In this document: one piece after another, positions 22,636 through 32,509 of the stretch
Layout: every line of letters starts with the position of its first letter
How positions within the stretch are numbered: position 1 is the first letter of the stretch
NCBI GenBank assembly: GCA_038215615.1
Contig: JBBQQR010000004.1
Location: 1-64,000 of the forward strand
Direction: 5' to 3'
Length of the DNA: 64,000 bases
Source of the DNA: Vulcanimicrobiales bacterium
GTDB lineage: Bacteria > Vulcanimicrobiota > Vulcanimicrobiia > Vulcanimicrobiales > Vulcanimicrobiaceae
Notes under the pieces: model-generated
Database searches by the model: none
The model's input: only the letters and a program-made list of their open reading frames with translations
What the model was told of the DNA's origin: nothing
Translations under genes and position numbers: made by a program

Positions 22636-24324
22636 ATGCTCCGCTTCGGTGAGACCTGCGCGGCGATTGCGGCTCGGGCCGGAAAGCTCGAAAAGATCGC
22701 GCTGCTCGCGGAGTACTTCCGTTCGCTCGATGACCCCAACCTCAGCGCGGCGGCACGCTTCTTCACCGGCAACCCGTTTGCGGCACGCGACGATCGCAGC
22801 CTGGGCATCGGCTGGCGCACGATCGTCACTGCCGCGCAGACCGCGTGGGGGTTTAAAGAGACGGAACTTGGCGCGAATTATCGCGAGTATGGCGATCTCG
22901 GTGCAGCGCTCGGGCCGTTCGTTCGTCCGGCCATGGACCTGGCGCTTTTCTCCGAGACGCTGACGCCGGCTGCGCTCTATGCGCTCTTCGAAGAGATCGC
23001 TAATGCGCGCGGTAAGGCCGCCGGAAGAAAACGCGCAGCGCTGAGCGAGCGCATTTTGCGCGCGTGCACGGATGCGACCGAAGCCACCTACGTAATCAAA
23101 ATCGTGACGGGCGACCTGCGGATCGGTTTGCGCGAAGGGCTGGTCACTGACGCGATCGCCAAAGCATTCGATCTCGACGCGCACGACGTCCGGCGCGCGG
23201 TCATGGCATCTGGCGATATCGGCGCGGTCGCGATCGCGGCGCGCGCCGGCAAGCTCGGCGAATTGCGCGTGACGTACGGCTCACCGATCGGTTTCATGCT
23301 GGCGTCACCGATGCTGTACGGTTCCGATTACAAGGATCTTCGCACCGGCACATGGCTTGCCGAAGAAAAATTCGACGGCATCCGCGCGCAGGCGCACAAG
23401 ATCGGCGAGCGTATCAACCTCTTCTCGCGCACCTTGAACGACGTGACACAATCCTACCCGGAAGTTGCCGCTGCGCTAAAAGCGATTCCCGGCAACTTCA
23501 TGCTCGACGGCGAGCTCGTTGCGATGCGGGGTGAGAACGTGCTGCCGTTTCGCTATCTGCAAGCGCGCCTGCAGCGCAAGACCGTCGAAGCGGAGCTTCT
23601 CGAGGAAGTTCCCGTCAGCTACTTCGTTTTCGACATGCTCGCCGGAGGTGACGATTTTTTGCTAGACGAGCCGCTGATCTCACGGCGTGAGCGCCTGGCA
23701 AAAGCGATCGCGCCATCTGAACACGTGGAAATCGCGCCGTTCACGCGTCTTTCCGAAACGCCCGCACCCGAAGAATTGCACGCGCTCTTCGATGCGGCCC
23801 GAGCGCGCGGGCACGAAGGCCTCATGCTCAAGCGCAGCGATTCGCCGTACTATCCCGGGCGGCGCGGCAAATGGTGGCTCAAGCTCAAACGCGAGCTCTC
23901 CACGCTCGACGTCGTTGTCGTCGCGGTCGAGTGGGGACACGGCAAGCGCGCCAAAGTTCTTTCCGATTATACGTTCGCCGTGCGCGGGCGCGACGGCGAG
24001 CTCCAGACGATCGGCAAAGCCTATTCGGGCCTCACCGACGCGGAGATCGCCGAGCTGACGCCATGGTTCTTGTCGCACGCCCTTCGACAGGCTGAGGGAC
24101 ACAACCGATTTCCGCATGCCATCGCGGTCGAGCCCAAAATCGTACTCGAGGTCGCCTTCGACATCATCCAACCAAGCGGACTGCACGAGAGCGGGTTCGC
24201 GCTGCGCTTTCCCCGCATCGTCCGGCTGCGCGACGACAAGCCGGCCGGGGAGATCGACACCATCGGGCGGGTCGAGGAAATCTACCGGGAGATGCTCGCC
24301 CGCGAGGGGCTTTCCCAGGCCTAA
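22636..24324 (+). CDS. ATP-dependent DNA ligase
   Basis: EKFDGIR (motif I), LDGE, FDML, EGLMLK, WLKLK, ALRFPR. Confidence 0.96.
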   Translation: MLRFGETCAAIAARAGKLEKIALLAEYFRSLDDPNLSAAARFFTGNPFAARDDRSLGIGWRTIVTAAQTAWGFKETELGANYREYGDLGAALGPFVRPAMDLALFSETLTPAALYALFEEIANARGKAAGRKRAALSERILRACTDATEATYVIKIVTGDLRIGLREGLVTDAIAKAFDLDAHDVRRAVMASGDIGAVAIAARAGKLGELRVTYGSPIGFMLASPMLYGSDYKDLRTGTWLAEEKFDGIRAQAHKIGERINLFSRTLNDVTQSYPEVAAALKAIPGNFMLDGELVAMRGENVLPFRYLQARLQRKTVEAELLEEVPVSYFVFDMLAGGDDFLLDEPLISRRERLAKAIAPSEHVEIAPFTRLSETPAPEELHALFDAARARGHEGLMLKRSDSPYYPGRRGKWWLKLKRELSTLDVVVVAVEWGHGKRAKVLSDYTFAVRGRDGELQTIGKAYSGLTDAEIAELTPWFLSHALRQAEGHNRFPHAIAVEPKIVLEVAFDIIQPSGLHESGFALRFPRIVRLRDDKPAGEIDTIGRVEEIYREMLAREGLSQA

Positions 24325-24398
24325 AACTTATGCATAATCTAACGTTTCCCGGCGGTAGGGCAGCGGGGCGTTAAGGCTCCTTGCGGGAAGCCGATTCG

Positions 24399-26864
24399 AT
24401 GCGCAAATCCCTGATAGGCGTCCTTTTTGTCGTTCTCGCAGCCGGGTGTTCTCACGCCGGTTCGGGAGGGGTGGTTCCAGGCTCGGGCACAACGGCGCTG
24501 CCGCTTACTCCGCAGTCGGTTTCGCCCGGAACCATTACGGCCGCGCCGATGGCGAAGACCGATATTCTTCCCGCGAGCGCGATGGTAACGCCGCCGCACT
24601 CGGACATCGCCCAACCACCGCTCAACTGGTCGCAAGTCCCCGGCACGGCGAGCGTCGTCGCCGCCAGCCCGGACGGGTCGCTGTGGGTGCTTTCAGATCA
24701 GCCGAGCAGCAGCTCGGATAAATATATTTGGCATTACGCCTCGGGCGCCTGGACGAACATTTCGGGTCTTGCGTCGCGTCTTTCCGTTGCAGCCGACGGT
24801 TCGCTATGGGCGATCAATTCGGGCGGCGGCATCTGGCACTACGCCAGCGGAACGTGGACCTCGCCGGGCGGCGGCGCCACCAACAGCATAACAACCGACT
24901 CGACCAACGGAATTTACGTCCTTTCCAATGGCGGCTCCGGCCCCGACCGCGCGATTTGGCATTACTCGCCGAGCGGCGGATGGACGCAGCTCAACGGTTC
25001 GGGCGTCGTCCTGGCCGCGAATTGGGACACCAACAATTTCCCGGCCGGAGCGGGCATGACCGGCGCGATCAATGCCGGCGGACTCTACATCCTGAGTTCA
25101 TCCGGTTCGATCTGGTATGAGAATGCGAATCTGACCTTCACCCAAGTTCCCGGTGCGGCTTCGGCCATCACGCCGACGACCAACGGCGGCTTCTTCGTCT
25201 TGGGTTATCCGACGGCGCCGTCCGGCAATCAAGTCTATTACTTCGATCTGAATACGCCGGGATTCACCGCGCAAAACGGCGCCGGACTGCTCAGCATCTC
25301 CGCCGGATCGAATCTCTATCTCACCAGTTCGTCAGGCGCGATTTATTCGGCTGCGCTGCCGGCGTTCGGTCCCGTCGCGAGCATCGTGATGACCGATTCG
25401 GGTGGAGCGGCATATACGAACACGACGCTCGGCACGCCGAAAACCGTTCCGCTGACCATTGTCGAAAAAGACGTCAACGGCAAGACGATTACCGGAACAT
25501 ACACGCTCCCGATCACGTTTACGACCCTCGATGCAACCGGAAGCACCAGTCTGAACGTCAGCTCCGTTCCATCGTCGACCACTTCTGTCACCATGACGTA
25601 CAACGGCGGCCCGTCGTTTACCGGAACGCGCTTCAGGGCCTTCGTCGGTGGCGTGCTCCTCGGATCGTTCCTGGTCACCGGACCTTGCCCTATTCCGACC
25701 GCAGGTGTCTCGCGCGCGGGCTTCTATCCGTGCGATCTGCAATCCGCGTATAACCTGGCCTCAAGCTCGGCGTCAGGCGGCGGAACGCAAACCGTCGCGA
25801 TCGTTGACGCGTATGACGATCCGACCGCCGAGAGCGACCTCGCGGTCTACCGCAGTGCGTTCGGCCTGGCGCCGTGCACGTCGGCAAACGGATGCTTCAA
25901 GAAGCGCTCGCAAACCGGCGGGACCACCTATCCGATTCCCGACGCGGGTTGGGCCGGAGAAGTTTCGCTGGATCTCGACATGGTCTCCGCGATCTGTCCA
26001 AACTGCAAGATTCTGCTCATCGAATCCACCACGAACTCATTCTCCGATATGTTCGCGGCCGAGAACGAGGCCGTCATTCTGGGAGGAACTGAAGTCAGCA
26101 ATAGCTGGGGCGGGAGCGAAAGTTCCGGCATTCTCTCGTCTGAGGTCAACTTCAATCATCCGGGCGTTCCCATCACGGCCAGCACGGGCGACAACGCCTT
26201 TGGCGCCGGCGTAAGCTATCCGGCATCGTCGGCCTTCGTGACGGCGGTGGGCGGCACGACTTTGGCCGCTATATCCGGCGGCCGGGGATGGACCGAAAGC
26301 GCTTGGGGCACGACGACTGCAGGCAGCGGCACCGGCAGCGGCTGCAGCGCGTTTATTGCCAAGCCTCTTTGGCAGACCGACCCGGGATGCGCGAAGCGCA
26401 TGACCAGCGACGTCTCTGCCGTGGCAGATCCCGCAACCGCAGTCTGGACGTATGACACGTATCAGTCGACCGGATGGGGACGCGTCGGCGGCACGAGCGC
26501 ATCGGCGCCGATCATCGCGTCGGTCTACGCCATCGCCGGCAATGCATCGACCGTCGTGGCCGGATCGTATCCGTACTCGCACACGGGCTCGCTCTACGAC
26601 ATCACGACCGGCTCCAACCAAAGCCCCGCCGATCCAACGTGCGGCGGCACTTCGGCGTATTTCTGCAACGCTCAAGCGGGCTATGATGGACCGACCGGAC
26701 TGGGCACTCCCAACGGCGCCACCGGTGCGTTCAGCCGTCCCGAATCGGTTAACCTACCCGGGCCGCTGACCAACGAGAACTATCACCCGGGTCCGTACCG
26801 TCGGCTCTGCGGTGCTCCCGACGCACTGCACGTCTCTTGCTTCGCGCTGCTGCGCACCGACTAG
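24399..26864 (+). CDS. Lipoprotein: tectonin-like beta-propeller repeats fused to an S53 (sedolisin-like) peptidase
   Basis: Lipobox LAAGC; repeats DGSLW..IWHY..G.W; VAIVDAYD, EVSLDLD, SNSWG, GGTSASAP, GYDGPTGLGTP. Confidence 0.85.
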   Translation: MRKSLIGVLFVVLAAGCSHAGSGGVVPGSGTTALPLTPQSVSPGTITAAPMAKTDILPASAMVTPPHSDIAQPPLNWSQVPGTASVVAASPDGSLWVLSDQPSSSSDKYIWHYASGAWTNISGLASRLSVAADGSLWAINSGGGIWHYASGTWTSPGGGATNSITTDSTNGIYVLSNGGSGPDRAIWHYSPSGGWTQLNGSGVVLAANWDTNNFPAGAGMTGAINAGGLYILSSSGSIWYENANLTFTQVPGAASAITPTTNGGFFVLGYPTAPSGNQVYYFDLNTPGFTAQNGAGLLSISAGSNLYLTSSSGAIYSAALPAFGPVASIVMTDSGGAAYTNTTLGTPKTVPLTIVEKDVNGKTITGTYTLPITFTTLDATGSTSLNVSSVPSSTTSVTMTYNGGPSFTGTRFRAFVGGVLLGSFLVTGPCPIPTAGVSRAGFYPCDLQSAYNLASSSASGGGTQTVAIVDAYDDPTAESDLAVYRSAFGLAPCTSANGCFKKRSQTGGTTYPIPDAGWAGEVSLDLDMVSAICPNCKILLIESTTNSFSDMFAAENEAVILGGTEVSNSWGGSESSGILSSEVNFNHPGVPITASTGDNAFGAGVSYPASSAFVTAVGGTTLAAISGGRGWTESAWGTTTAGSGTGSGCSAFIAKPLWQTDPGCAKRMTSDVSAVADPATAVWTYDTYQSTGWGRVGGTSASAPIIASVYAIAGNASTVVAGSYPYSHTGSLYDITTGSNQSPADPTCGGTSAYFCNAQAGYDGPTGLGTPNGATGAFSRPESVNLPGPLTNENYHPGPYRRLCGAPDALHVSCFALLRTD

Positions 26865-27347
26865 CTAGAGCCGCGTCGCCTTCGGTTCGGGCGCGGACGG
26901 GCCTTGCAGGGCGTCGATAATCTGCAGCGGCGTTCGCAGCTGGGCGATGAGTTCTTGGGCCAGTTGCAAATCCGACGGCTTGGAATGGTGCAACCGCTCG
27001 ATCGCGAGCGCCGCCGTCATCGCTGCAGCGGCCTCTGCGCGACCGCGCGCGACGTTTCCGCGCTCCGCGTCGGCAGCTCCAATATACGCGCCCAAGCCGG
27101 TTTCAAAGAGCCGCAGTTTGTAGCGGACGTCGGCGCGACCTTCTCCCCGGCCGCACGCTATCGCCTGGGATTTAAGCGCGACGAAGGCGTTGTAGGACGG
27201 CTGGGGTTTGGCACGCATCGAATCGCGCGCCGCTTCGAATCCGTGCAGAAATGTTTTATACGAGCCGCGACCGCACCGCGCGCCGGCAGCCGGCGAAAGC
27301 GCCGCCAGTAAAACAAAGGACGCGGCAAACACGGAAAGAGTGCGCAT
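26865..27347 (-). CDS. Hypothetical secreted helical protein
   Basis: Signal peptide MRTLSVFAASFVLLAALSPAAGA; directly follows the ABC ATPase. Confidence 0.65.
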   Translation of the reverse strand: MRTLSVFAASFVLLAALSPAAGARCGRGSYKTFLHGFEAARDSMRAKPQPSYNAFVALKSQAIACGRGEGRADVRYKLRLFETGLGAYIGAADAERGNVARGRAEAAAAMTAALAIERLHHSKPSDLQLAQELIAQLRTPLQIIDALQGPSAPEPKATRL

Positions 27348-27352
27348 GTCTT

Positions 27353-28024
27353 TTACAGTCTCCCATCGTCGAGCAAAACGACGCGTTCGGCGGCGCGGCG
27401 GATCCGGTAATCGTGCGACGTGATGACCACGGTCGTTCCGCGCTTGCGTGCCAGATCGGTCAGAATATTCGTGACGATCGCACCGTTCTCGGCGTCGAGC
27501 TGCGAGGTCGGCTCGTCGGCGAGAATGGCGCACGGATCGCCGGCCAGCGCCCGGGCGATGGCGACACGCTGCTTCTCACCGCCGGAGAGCTCGCGCGCGG
27601 GCCGATTCGCCTGTTCTTCCAAGCCCAGCTGCCCGAGCAGATCGGCAGACGATTTGCGCGCGCGCCGGCCCCGAATGCCGCGCACGTTGTAGGCGATCTC
27701 TACGTTCTCAGCCCCGGTCATGGCGTTGAAAAGATTGAATCCCTGAAAAACGTAACCAAAATGCCGCAAGCGGAAACGTGACAGTTCCTTGCGCCCCAGG
27801 CGGGTAATATCGGTTCCTAAGACGGCTACGCTGCCGGAGCTTGGTGTCAGCAAGCCGCCGATGATAGAGAGCAGCGTGCTTTTTCCCGACCCGGACGGTC
27901 CCATGATCAGCAGCAACTCGCCCTGCCGGATATCGATCGACACCCCTTTGAGCGCGCGCACCGGTTTCGTGCTCGCGTACGTCATGCGGAGGTCGTGGGC
28001 TGCCACGGCAACTTTCTCAAGCAT
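27353..28024 (-). CDS. ABC transporter ATPase (LolD/DevA/MacB-like)
   Basis: GPSGSGKS, GYVFQGFNL, LSGGEKQRVAIARAL, LADEPT. Confidence 0.93.
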   Translation of the reverse strand: MLEKVAVAAHDLRMTYASTKPVRALKGVSIDIRQGELLLIMGPSGSGKSTLLSIIGGLLTPSSGSVAVLGTDITRLGRKELSRFRLRHFGYVFQGFNLFNAMTGAENVEIAYNVRGIRGRRARKSSADLLGQLGLEEQANRPARELSGGEKQRVAIARALAGDPCAILADEPTSQLDAENGAIVTNILTDLARKRGTTVVITSHDYRIRRAAERVVLLDDGRL

Positions 28025-28025
28025 G

Positions 28026-29195
28026 CTAGGCTCGGAACACCAAGGCGGGATCGGAGCGAACCACGCGCTGCATCGCGACCACCCCCGCGCCAATGCAAAT
28101 AACGAGTGCCGCGGCAAGCACCAGCAGCGCCCCGCCCGGCGTGATCAGAATGTCGACACCGCGCTCGGCCGCTATGCCGCGAATCGCGAAGGTTAGCGCT
28201 AAGCTCAGCACGTAGCCGATCAGCGCCATGCATGTGGCCTGCAATGCGATCACGCCGTACAGATAGCCGTCGTTGACGCCGATCGCTTTGAGCGTCCCGT
28301 ATTCCTGGAAGTGCTCGTTGATTGAAGTATAAAGAATCTGGCCCACGATGACCACTCCCACGAAGGCGCCCATCAGCGCGATCAGCGACAAAATAAAACC
28401 GATGCCCGTACGCTTGACCCAGTAGTCGCGGGTCGCCGTCAGCATCTGGTCGCGCGTCATCGCGCGGACGTGTGGAATGCTGCGCTGGATTGCGGCAGCA
28501 AGCTGCGCGGATGCGGCCGGGTTTTTCGCTTTCACCATGACATACATGATCGGATCGGTCTCTTCCAGCGGCGGCGGGGCCGCGCCGGGCGGTGAGAAAA
28601 ACGACAGCGCGGACGGAGTATAGGCGTTCGCTGTTTCGAGCGACGTGTAAAAAAACGTCGCCGATACGACCGGCTGGGTGCCGTGCGTCTCGTAAGCCAG
28701 ATGTGCCGGCAGCGTTCCAATAACGCCGCTCTGTCCGGCGCCCAGGTCCAAGATATGCAGCTGCGTGGCGTCCACCGCAAAAGCGTACGGTTTCTGCAAG
28801 AGATCGAGCGTAGCGCGGTTAGAGTTCCCCGGATTAAAGAGCGTCCCGCGCGGATTGAAACCGATCACGCGACCAAGCGCCAATTCGTCGTGCGGGCTGC
28901 GCCAGCGCGCGACGCCCAGCGAGAGCGCTTCGGCTCGCGCGACGCCGGGAATAGCGCGAATTTTGGCAACCGTACCGTACTCTATCGGCAGCGTGCCTTC
29001 AAAGTACAGCATCTCGGGCGCACTGACCCACACGTCGGCGCTGGATTCGGCAATCGGCAGCGTTGCGGAATTGGAGAACCCGGTGAAAAGCGCAACCTGA
29101 ACGGTGAGCAGCGTGACGGCAAAAACGATGCCGCAGAGCGCCACGAAAAAACGCGGCAGGTCTTCGAACAGCGTCTTGCGCGCGAGGGTGAGAAT
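28026..29195 (-). CDS. ABC transporter permease (DevC/FtsX-like); probable ATT start
   Basis: VIVGQILY, EYGTLKAIG, DPALVFRA. The frame extends 17 codons above the first GTG as ILTLARKTLFEDLPRFF. Confidence 0.85.
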   Translation of the reverse strand: MLTLARKTLFEDLPRFFVALCGIVFAVTLLTVQVALFTGFSNSATLPIAESSADVWVSAPEMLYFEGTLPIEYGTVAKIRAIPGVARAEALSLGVARWRSPHDELALGRVIGFNPRGTLFNPGNSNRATLDLLQKPYAFAVDATQLHILDLGAGQSGVIGTLPAHLAYETHGTQPVVSATFFYTSLETANAYTPSALSFFSPPGAAPPPLEETDPIMYVMVKAKNPAASAQLAAAIQRSIPHVRAMTRDQMLTATRDYWVKRTGIGFILSLIALMGAFVGVVIVGQILYTSINEHFQEYGTLKAIGVNDGYLYGVIALQATCMALIGYVLSLALTFAIRGIAAERGVDILITPGGALLVLAAALVICIGAGVVAMQRVVRSDPALVFRA

Positions 29196-29196
29196 A

Positions 29197-30057
29197 TTAC
29201 TTGTTCTTGAAGCGCGCGGTGCGCTTTTCGTTGTAAGACGCTATCCCTTCTTTGGCGTCTTCGCTCTTGAACAGCAGCGACTGCAGCTCGCGCTCGAGCG
29301 CGAGCGCATCTTGCAGCGGCAGTTCCATGCCGGTCTGCACGGCGCGTTTGATATGACCGACCGCCATCGGCGCCTTGTTCGGCGACGTGAACTGCTTGGC
29401 GTACGTGAGCGCTTGATCGCGGAAATCGGCCGCGTCGCCTTCGTAGACGTCGTTGACGATCCCCCATTCCAGCGCTTGTTCGAAGCTGAACGTGCGGCCC
29501 AGCGCCATCAGTTCAATCGCGCGGGATTTGCCCACCAAACGCGCCAGCCGCTGCGTGCCGCCGGTTCCCGGCAATACACCCAGCGACACTTCGGGCAGAC
29601 CGATCTTGCCCGCGTCTTGCCGGCCGATGCGGATGTCGCAGGCCATCGCGATCTCCAAACCGCCGCCGACGCAGTGGCCGTTCAGCGCCGCAATGACGAG
29701 TTTGGGCGTCTGTTCGAGCTTCGAGAGCGTCTCGTTGGCGTGCAGGCAGAAATTGTATTTGAACTCAGGCGTGACCGAGTTGAGCATCGCGATATTCGCG
29801 CCGGCCGAAAAGAATTTCTCGCCCTTGCCGGTGAGCAAGATGACTTCCACTTCCTGATCGAAACGAGCGTCCAAGATGGCCTCGTCGAGCTGGCGCATCA
29901 TTTCATGCGTGTAGGTATTGGCCGGCGGATCGTCCATCTCGATGATGGCGACGTGTCCGTCTTTCGAATAATTAATAACGCGCTTTCCGTCGAAAGCGCG
30001 CGCTTCACGCCCGAACGGCGTTTGCACTGTGGCCGGCCCGTTTGCAATAGTCGCCAT
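29197..30057 (-). CDS. Enoyl-CoA hydratase/crotonase resembling the N-terminal domain of BoxC
   Basis: FSAGANIAML, ALNGHCVGGGLEIAMACD, GLPEVSLGVLPGTGG. Confidence 0.88.
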   Translation of the reverse strand: MATIANGPATVQTPFGREARAFDGKRVINYSKDGHVAIIEMDDPPANTYTHEMMRQLDEAILDARFDQEVEVILLTGKGEKFFSAGANIAMLNSVTPEFKYNFCLHANETLSKLEQTPKLVIAALNGHCVGGGLEIAMACDIRIGRQDAGKIGLPEVSLGVLPGTGGTQRLARLVGKSRAIELMALGRTFSFEQALEWGIVNDVYEGDAADFRDQALTYAKQFTSPNKAPMAVGHIKRAVQTGMELPLQDALALERELQSLLFKSEDAKEGIASYNEKRTARFKNK

Positions 30058-31175
30058 TACTCTTTTCCTTTAGGTGCGATCCAGTTGGAATCTTTGGTCA
30101 ATGCTTGAACTGCTTTTTCATCTGCGGCAGTTGGCAGAACCGACGGCAGATAGGCATCCCATTCGGCTTGCGTAAGCGATCGCCCGTCAGCGGCCCAGTA
30201 CTGGCCGGCGTACTGTCCGATTTTCCGGTTGAAGCGGATGTCCGGCACGTAGAGTTTCGTCTCTGCGGCGTTCACGGCGTTGACGCGCTCCACCGTTTTT
30301 CCGATCTCGTCATAGAATTGTCCGCGGGCGCGTTCGTTGAGGTGTTCCTTGTCGGCTTTTTCGCCGGTCTTGTCCTCGTCCACGCGGCCTTTGATGCCCC
30401 ACGTGTACGCCCACTGTGCCGAACCGGAATGGTCGGTACCGAAAAGATCGAGCGAGCCCGAAATCCACTTGTTGTAATATTTCTGCTGCATCTCGACCGG
30501 CACGACGCCGGCCTGTGCGATGCGGCGCAATCCCGAGATGCCGGTTCCCATGTGATAGGACTCTTCGCGCAGCATCGGTCCCATAGATTGCGCGAGCGGC
30601 GCGAAGCCGGAGTGCGAGAGCATCGTCAGCTGGAACTTGCCGTCGCGGTCCATGAAATTCGTGTAGGCGAAGAAATCCAGCCAGTGGGTGACGTCGTCGT
30701 TAAAGGCGTTGAGCAGGCGGTTCTTTTTCCCGTAGGCGCGGCGCTCCAGCAGTTTTTGCGCTTCGATTTTTCCATCGTTGCCGAAGTGCTTGATCAGCAG
30801 ATGACACATCTGGTAGCCGTGGCGCGTCTCCTCGACCATAATGCGCACCAGCGATGCCAGATCGTATTCTGACGGCGCGTTGTTCACCAGGAAGCGCTGC
30901 TGTTCGTTGGAAGCGAATTCCGTGTCGCCCTGATAGACGATCATGTTCATGAGCGCGTCGCGCATGCGCTGGTCGGGGACTTCCATCAGCTTGTCCCAAC
31001 GGCGCTGCCCTTGAAAGTCGCCGAAATAGATTTCAGCCGTGGGCAACTCGCCGTACTTCGCCTCGAATTGGTAGCCGGGCATAAACCGGTCGATCAGCTC
31101 TTTGTTCAAGCCGATATCGTTTTGCCAATCCGCCAGCAAAGCCAGCCAGTCATCGAAGGTCGCGATGCGCGCCAT
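30057..31175 (-). CDS. BoxB-like diiron aryl-CoA epoxidase (short form)
   Basis: QGDTEFAS.EQQ, APSEYD, EETRH, DRDGKFQL, SGFAPLA, EESYH diiron ligand pattern. Confidence 0.85.
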   Translation of the reverse strand: MARIATFDDWLALLADWQNDIGLNKELIDRFMPGYQFEAKYGELPTAEIYFGDFQGQRRWDKLMEVPDQRMRDALMNMIVYQGDTEFASNEQQRFLVNNAPSEYDLASLVRIMVEETRHGYQMCHLLIKHFGNDGKIEAQKLLERRAYGKKNRLLNAFNDDVTHWLDFFAYTNFMDRDGKFQLTMLSHSGFAPLAQSMGPMLREESYHMGTGISGLRRIAQAGVVPVEMQQKYYNKWISGSLDLFGTDHSGSAQWAYTWGIKGRVDEDKTGEKADKEHLNERARGQFYDEIGKTVERVNAVNAAETKLYVPDIRFNRKIGQYAGQYWAADGRSLTQAEWDAYLPSVLPTAADEKAVQALTKDSNWIAPKGKE

Positions 31176-31238
31176 GAAACTCCCCGCCCTAGGCTGTGTG
31201 AAAGAGAAATATTGCTTGGTCGCGTATTGGGTTCCTCG

Positions 31239-32189
31239 ATGCAGCGAACTGTTTCCGCCCTGCTCTCGACTGTATTGCTTGCGCCGCTTCTCTGCGCGCC
31301 GGCAGCCGGAGCGCAAGACAGGGTTGCTTATACGGTCGGGCAGTTCCGTTTTAAGGGCACTTTTACGCAAGCCGCTGTGTGGCAGGGCGGCGTCGTTACG
31401 GTCCATTGGACGCTTGCCTTCTCGACTGCCAGCAGGGGGAACGGCGAGGCCGTGGGCTCCGGGGAGAACTGGGACGGAAAGGCGACGGTCAACGTAACCG
31501 GTACGGTTACTGCGAACGGGGATCGTATGTGCAGCGGTACTACAAGTTTTACTGCGCCGATCCAGATCGAATGGGGCGTCGAGCGAGGAAAATCCCGTTC
31601 GCTGAAGTGGTCTTTCCTGAATCCATCGGCGCTGCCCGACGTGTGCCGGGCTCCCACGGGCTACTTCGCGTTTACCTCAGAAGATTACGTTCAGCCGTTC
31701 ACGCAGGCGGGGATTCCTTGGCCTGCCATCCCACTGGCCGGAAGCGATCCCGATCCGAATGATGTTGCCGCCGGGAAATCGATTTCGGTACATTACGTCG
31801 GGGATAGCAAGTGGACTCCTCCTCCCGTGCCGGCAGGCTCATGCGGACGCGGTTGTCGTCAAGAGGCCCATTCTTTGCCGACCCATCGTACGTATGATCT
31901 CAGCGCGCTGCTGATACCGGGTGAACAGCGCGCGTCACCGCCCACGGCCGGGGGACATTGCAAGTTCACGGTTACTTTCGTTAGTGGTGAGGCGCAGGTC
32001 GTGCATGATGGCATGACTGCGATTCTGCACGTCAACGACTTAGTCGCCGACGGCGATACTGTGAGGACCGCAGCGAACGGCCGCGTGACGCTACGTGCGC
32101 AAGATGGAACGCAGACGAAGATTGCCCCGGGATCCGCAGTGACGGTTCACGCCATTGCCTGTAAATGGCACGCAAAGAAATTGCGCTAG
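31239..32189 (+). CDS. Hypothetical secreted protein with C-terminal FecR-like segment
   Basis: Signal peptide; C-terminus VTFVSGEAQV...GDTVRTAANGRVTL...DGT. Confidence 0.65.
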   Translation: MQRTVSALLSTVLLAPLLCAPAAGAQDRVAYTVGQFRFKGTFTQAAVWQGGVVTVHWTLAFSTASRGNGEAVGSGENWDGKATVNVTGTVTANGDRMCSGTTSFTAPIQIEWGVERGKSRSLKWSFLNPSALPDVCRAPTGYFAFTSEDYVQPFTQAGIPWPAIPLAGSDPDPNDVAAGKSISVHYVGDSKWTPPPVPAGSCGRGCRQEAHSLPTHRTYDLSALLIPGEQRASPPTAGGHCKFTVTFVSGEAQVVHDGMTAILHVNDLVADGDTVRTAANGRVTLRAQDGTQTKIAPGSAVTVHAIACKWHAKKLR

Positions 32190-32506
32190 TCATCCCCTTC
32201 GTGGAAATGGAGATGGCAGCCGTCTTCGGCATCGCGTAACACTTCGCGGGCTTCGGAAAGCATGGCTTGCGAGACCGGCGGCGCCGTCTCGACCTCGCCT
32301 TCCTCGGCGAGGAAATCGCTTTCTTCCCAATCCTCCCACGTCTCGAGCGGCTCTCCGTCGATTTCAGCCGGGAAACGAACGCAGAAGCCTTCGACCAGGT
32401 GCAAACCGACGACCAGCACGCGTGTACCGCGCGGAAAGAACGTTCCGTCTTTCCATAGCGTGCCGTACGTGGTTTGATACGCCGTGCCGATTCTCAGGGC
32501 TTCTAT
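32186..32506 (-). CDS. Small acidic hypothetical protein; probable ATA start
   Basis: Frame is open from the ALDH stop; GGAG lies 8 nt before the ATA; the ORF track calls only the 3' part (GTG at 32419). Confidence 0.6.
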   Translation of the reverse strand: MEALRIGTAYQTTYGTLWKDGTFFPRGTRVLVVGLHLVEGFCVRFPAEIDGEPLETWEDWEESDFLAEEGEVETAPPVSQAMLSEAREVLRDAEDGCHLHFHEGDD

Positions 32507-32509
32507 GGC

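Noticed and set aside
26861..26868. CTAGCTAG at abutting convergent stops (also near 37385-37392)
   Set aside because: Explained by two back-to-back TAG stop codons; no other sign of an insertion site.
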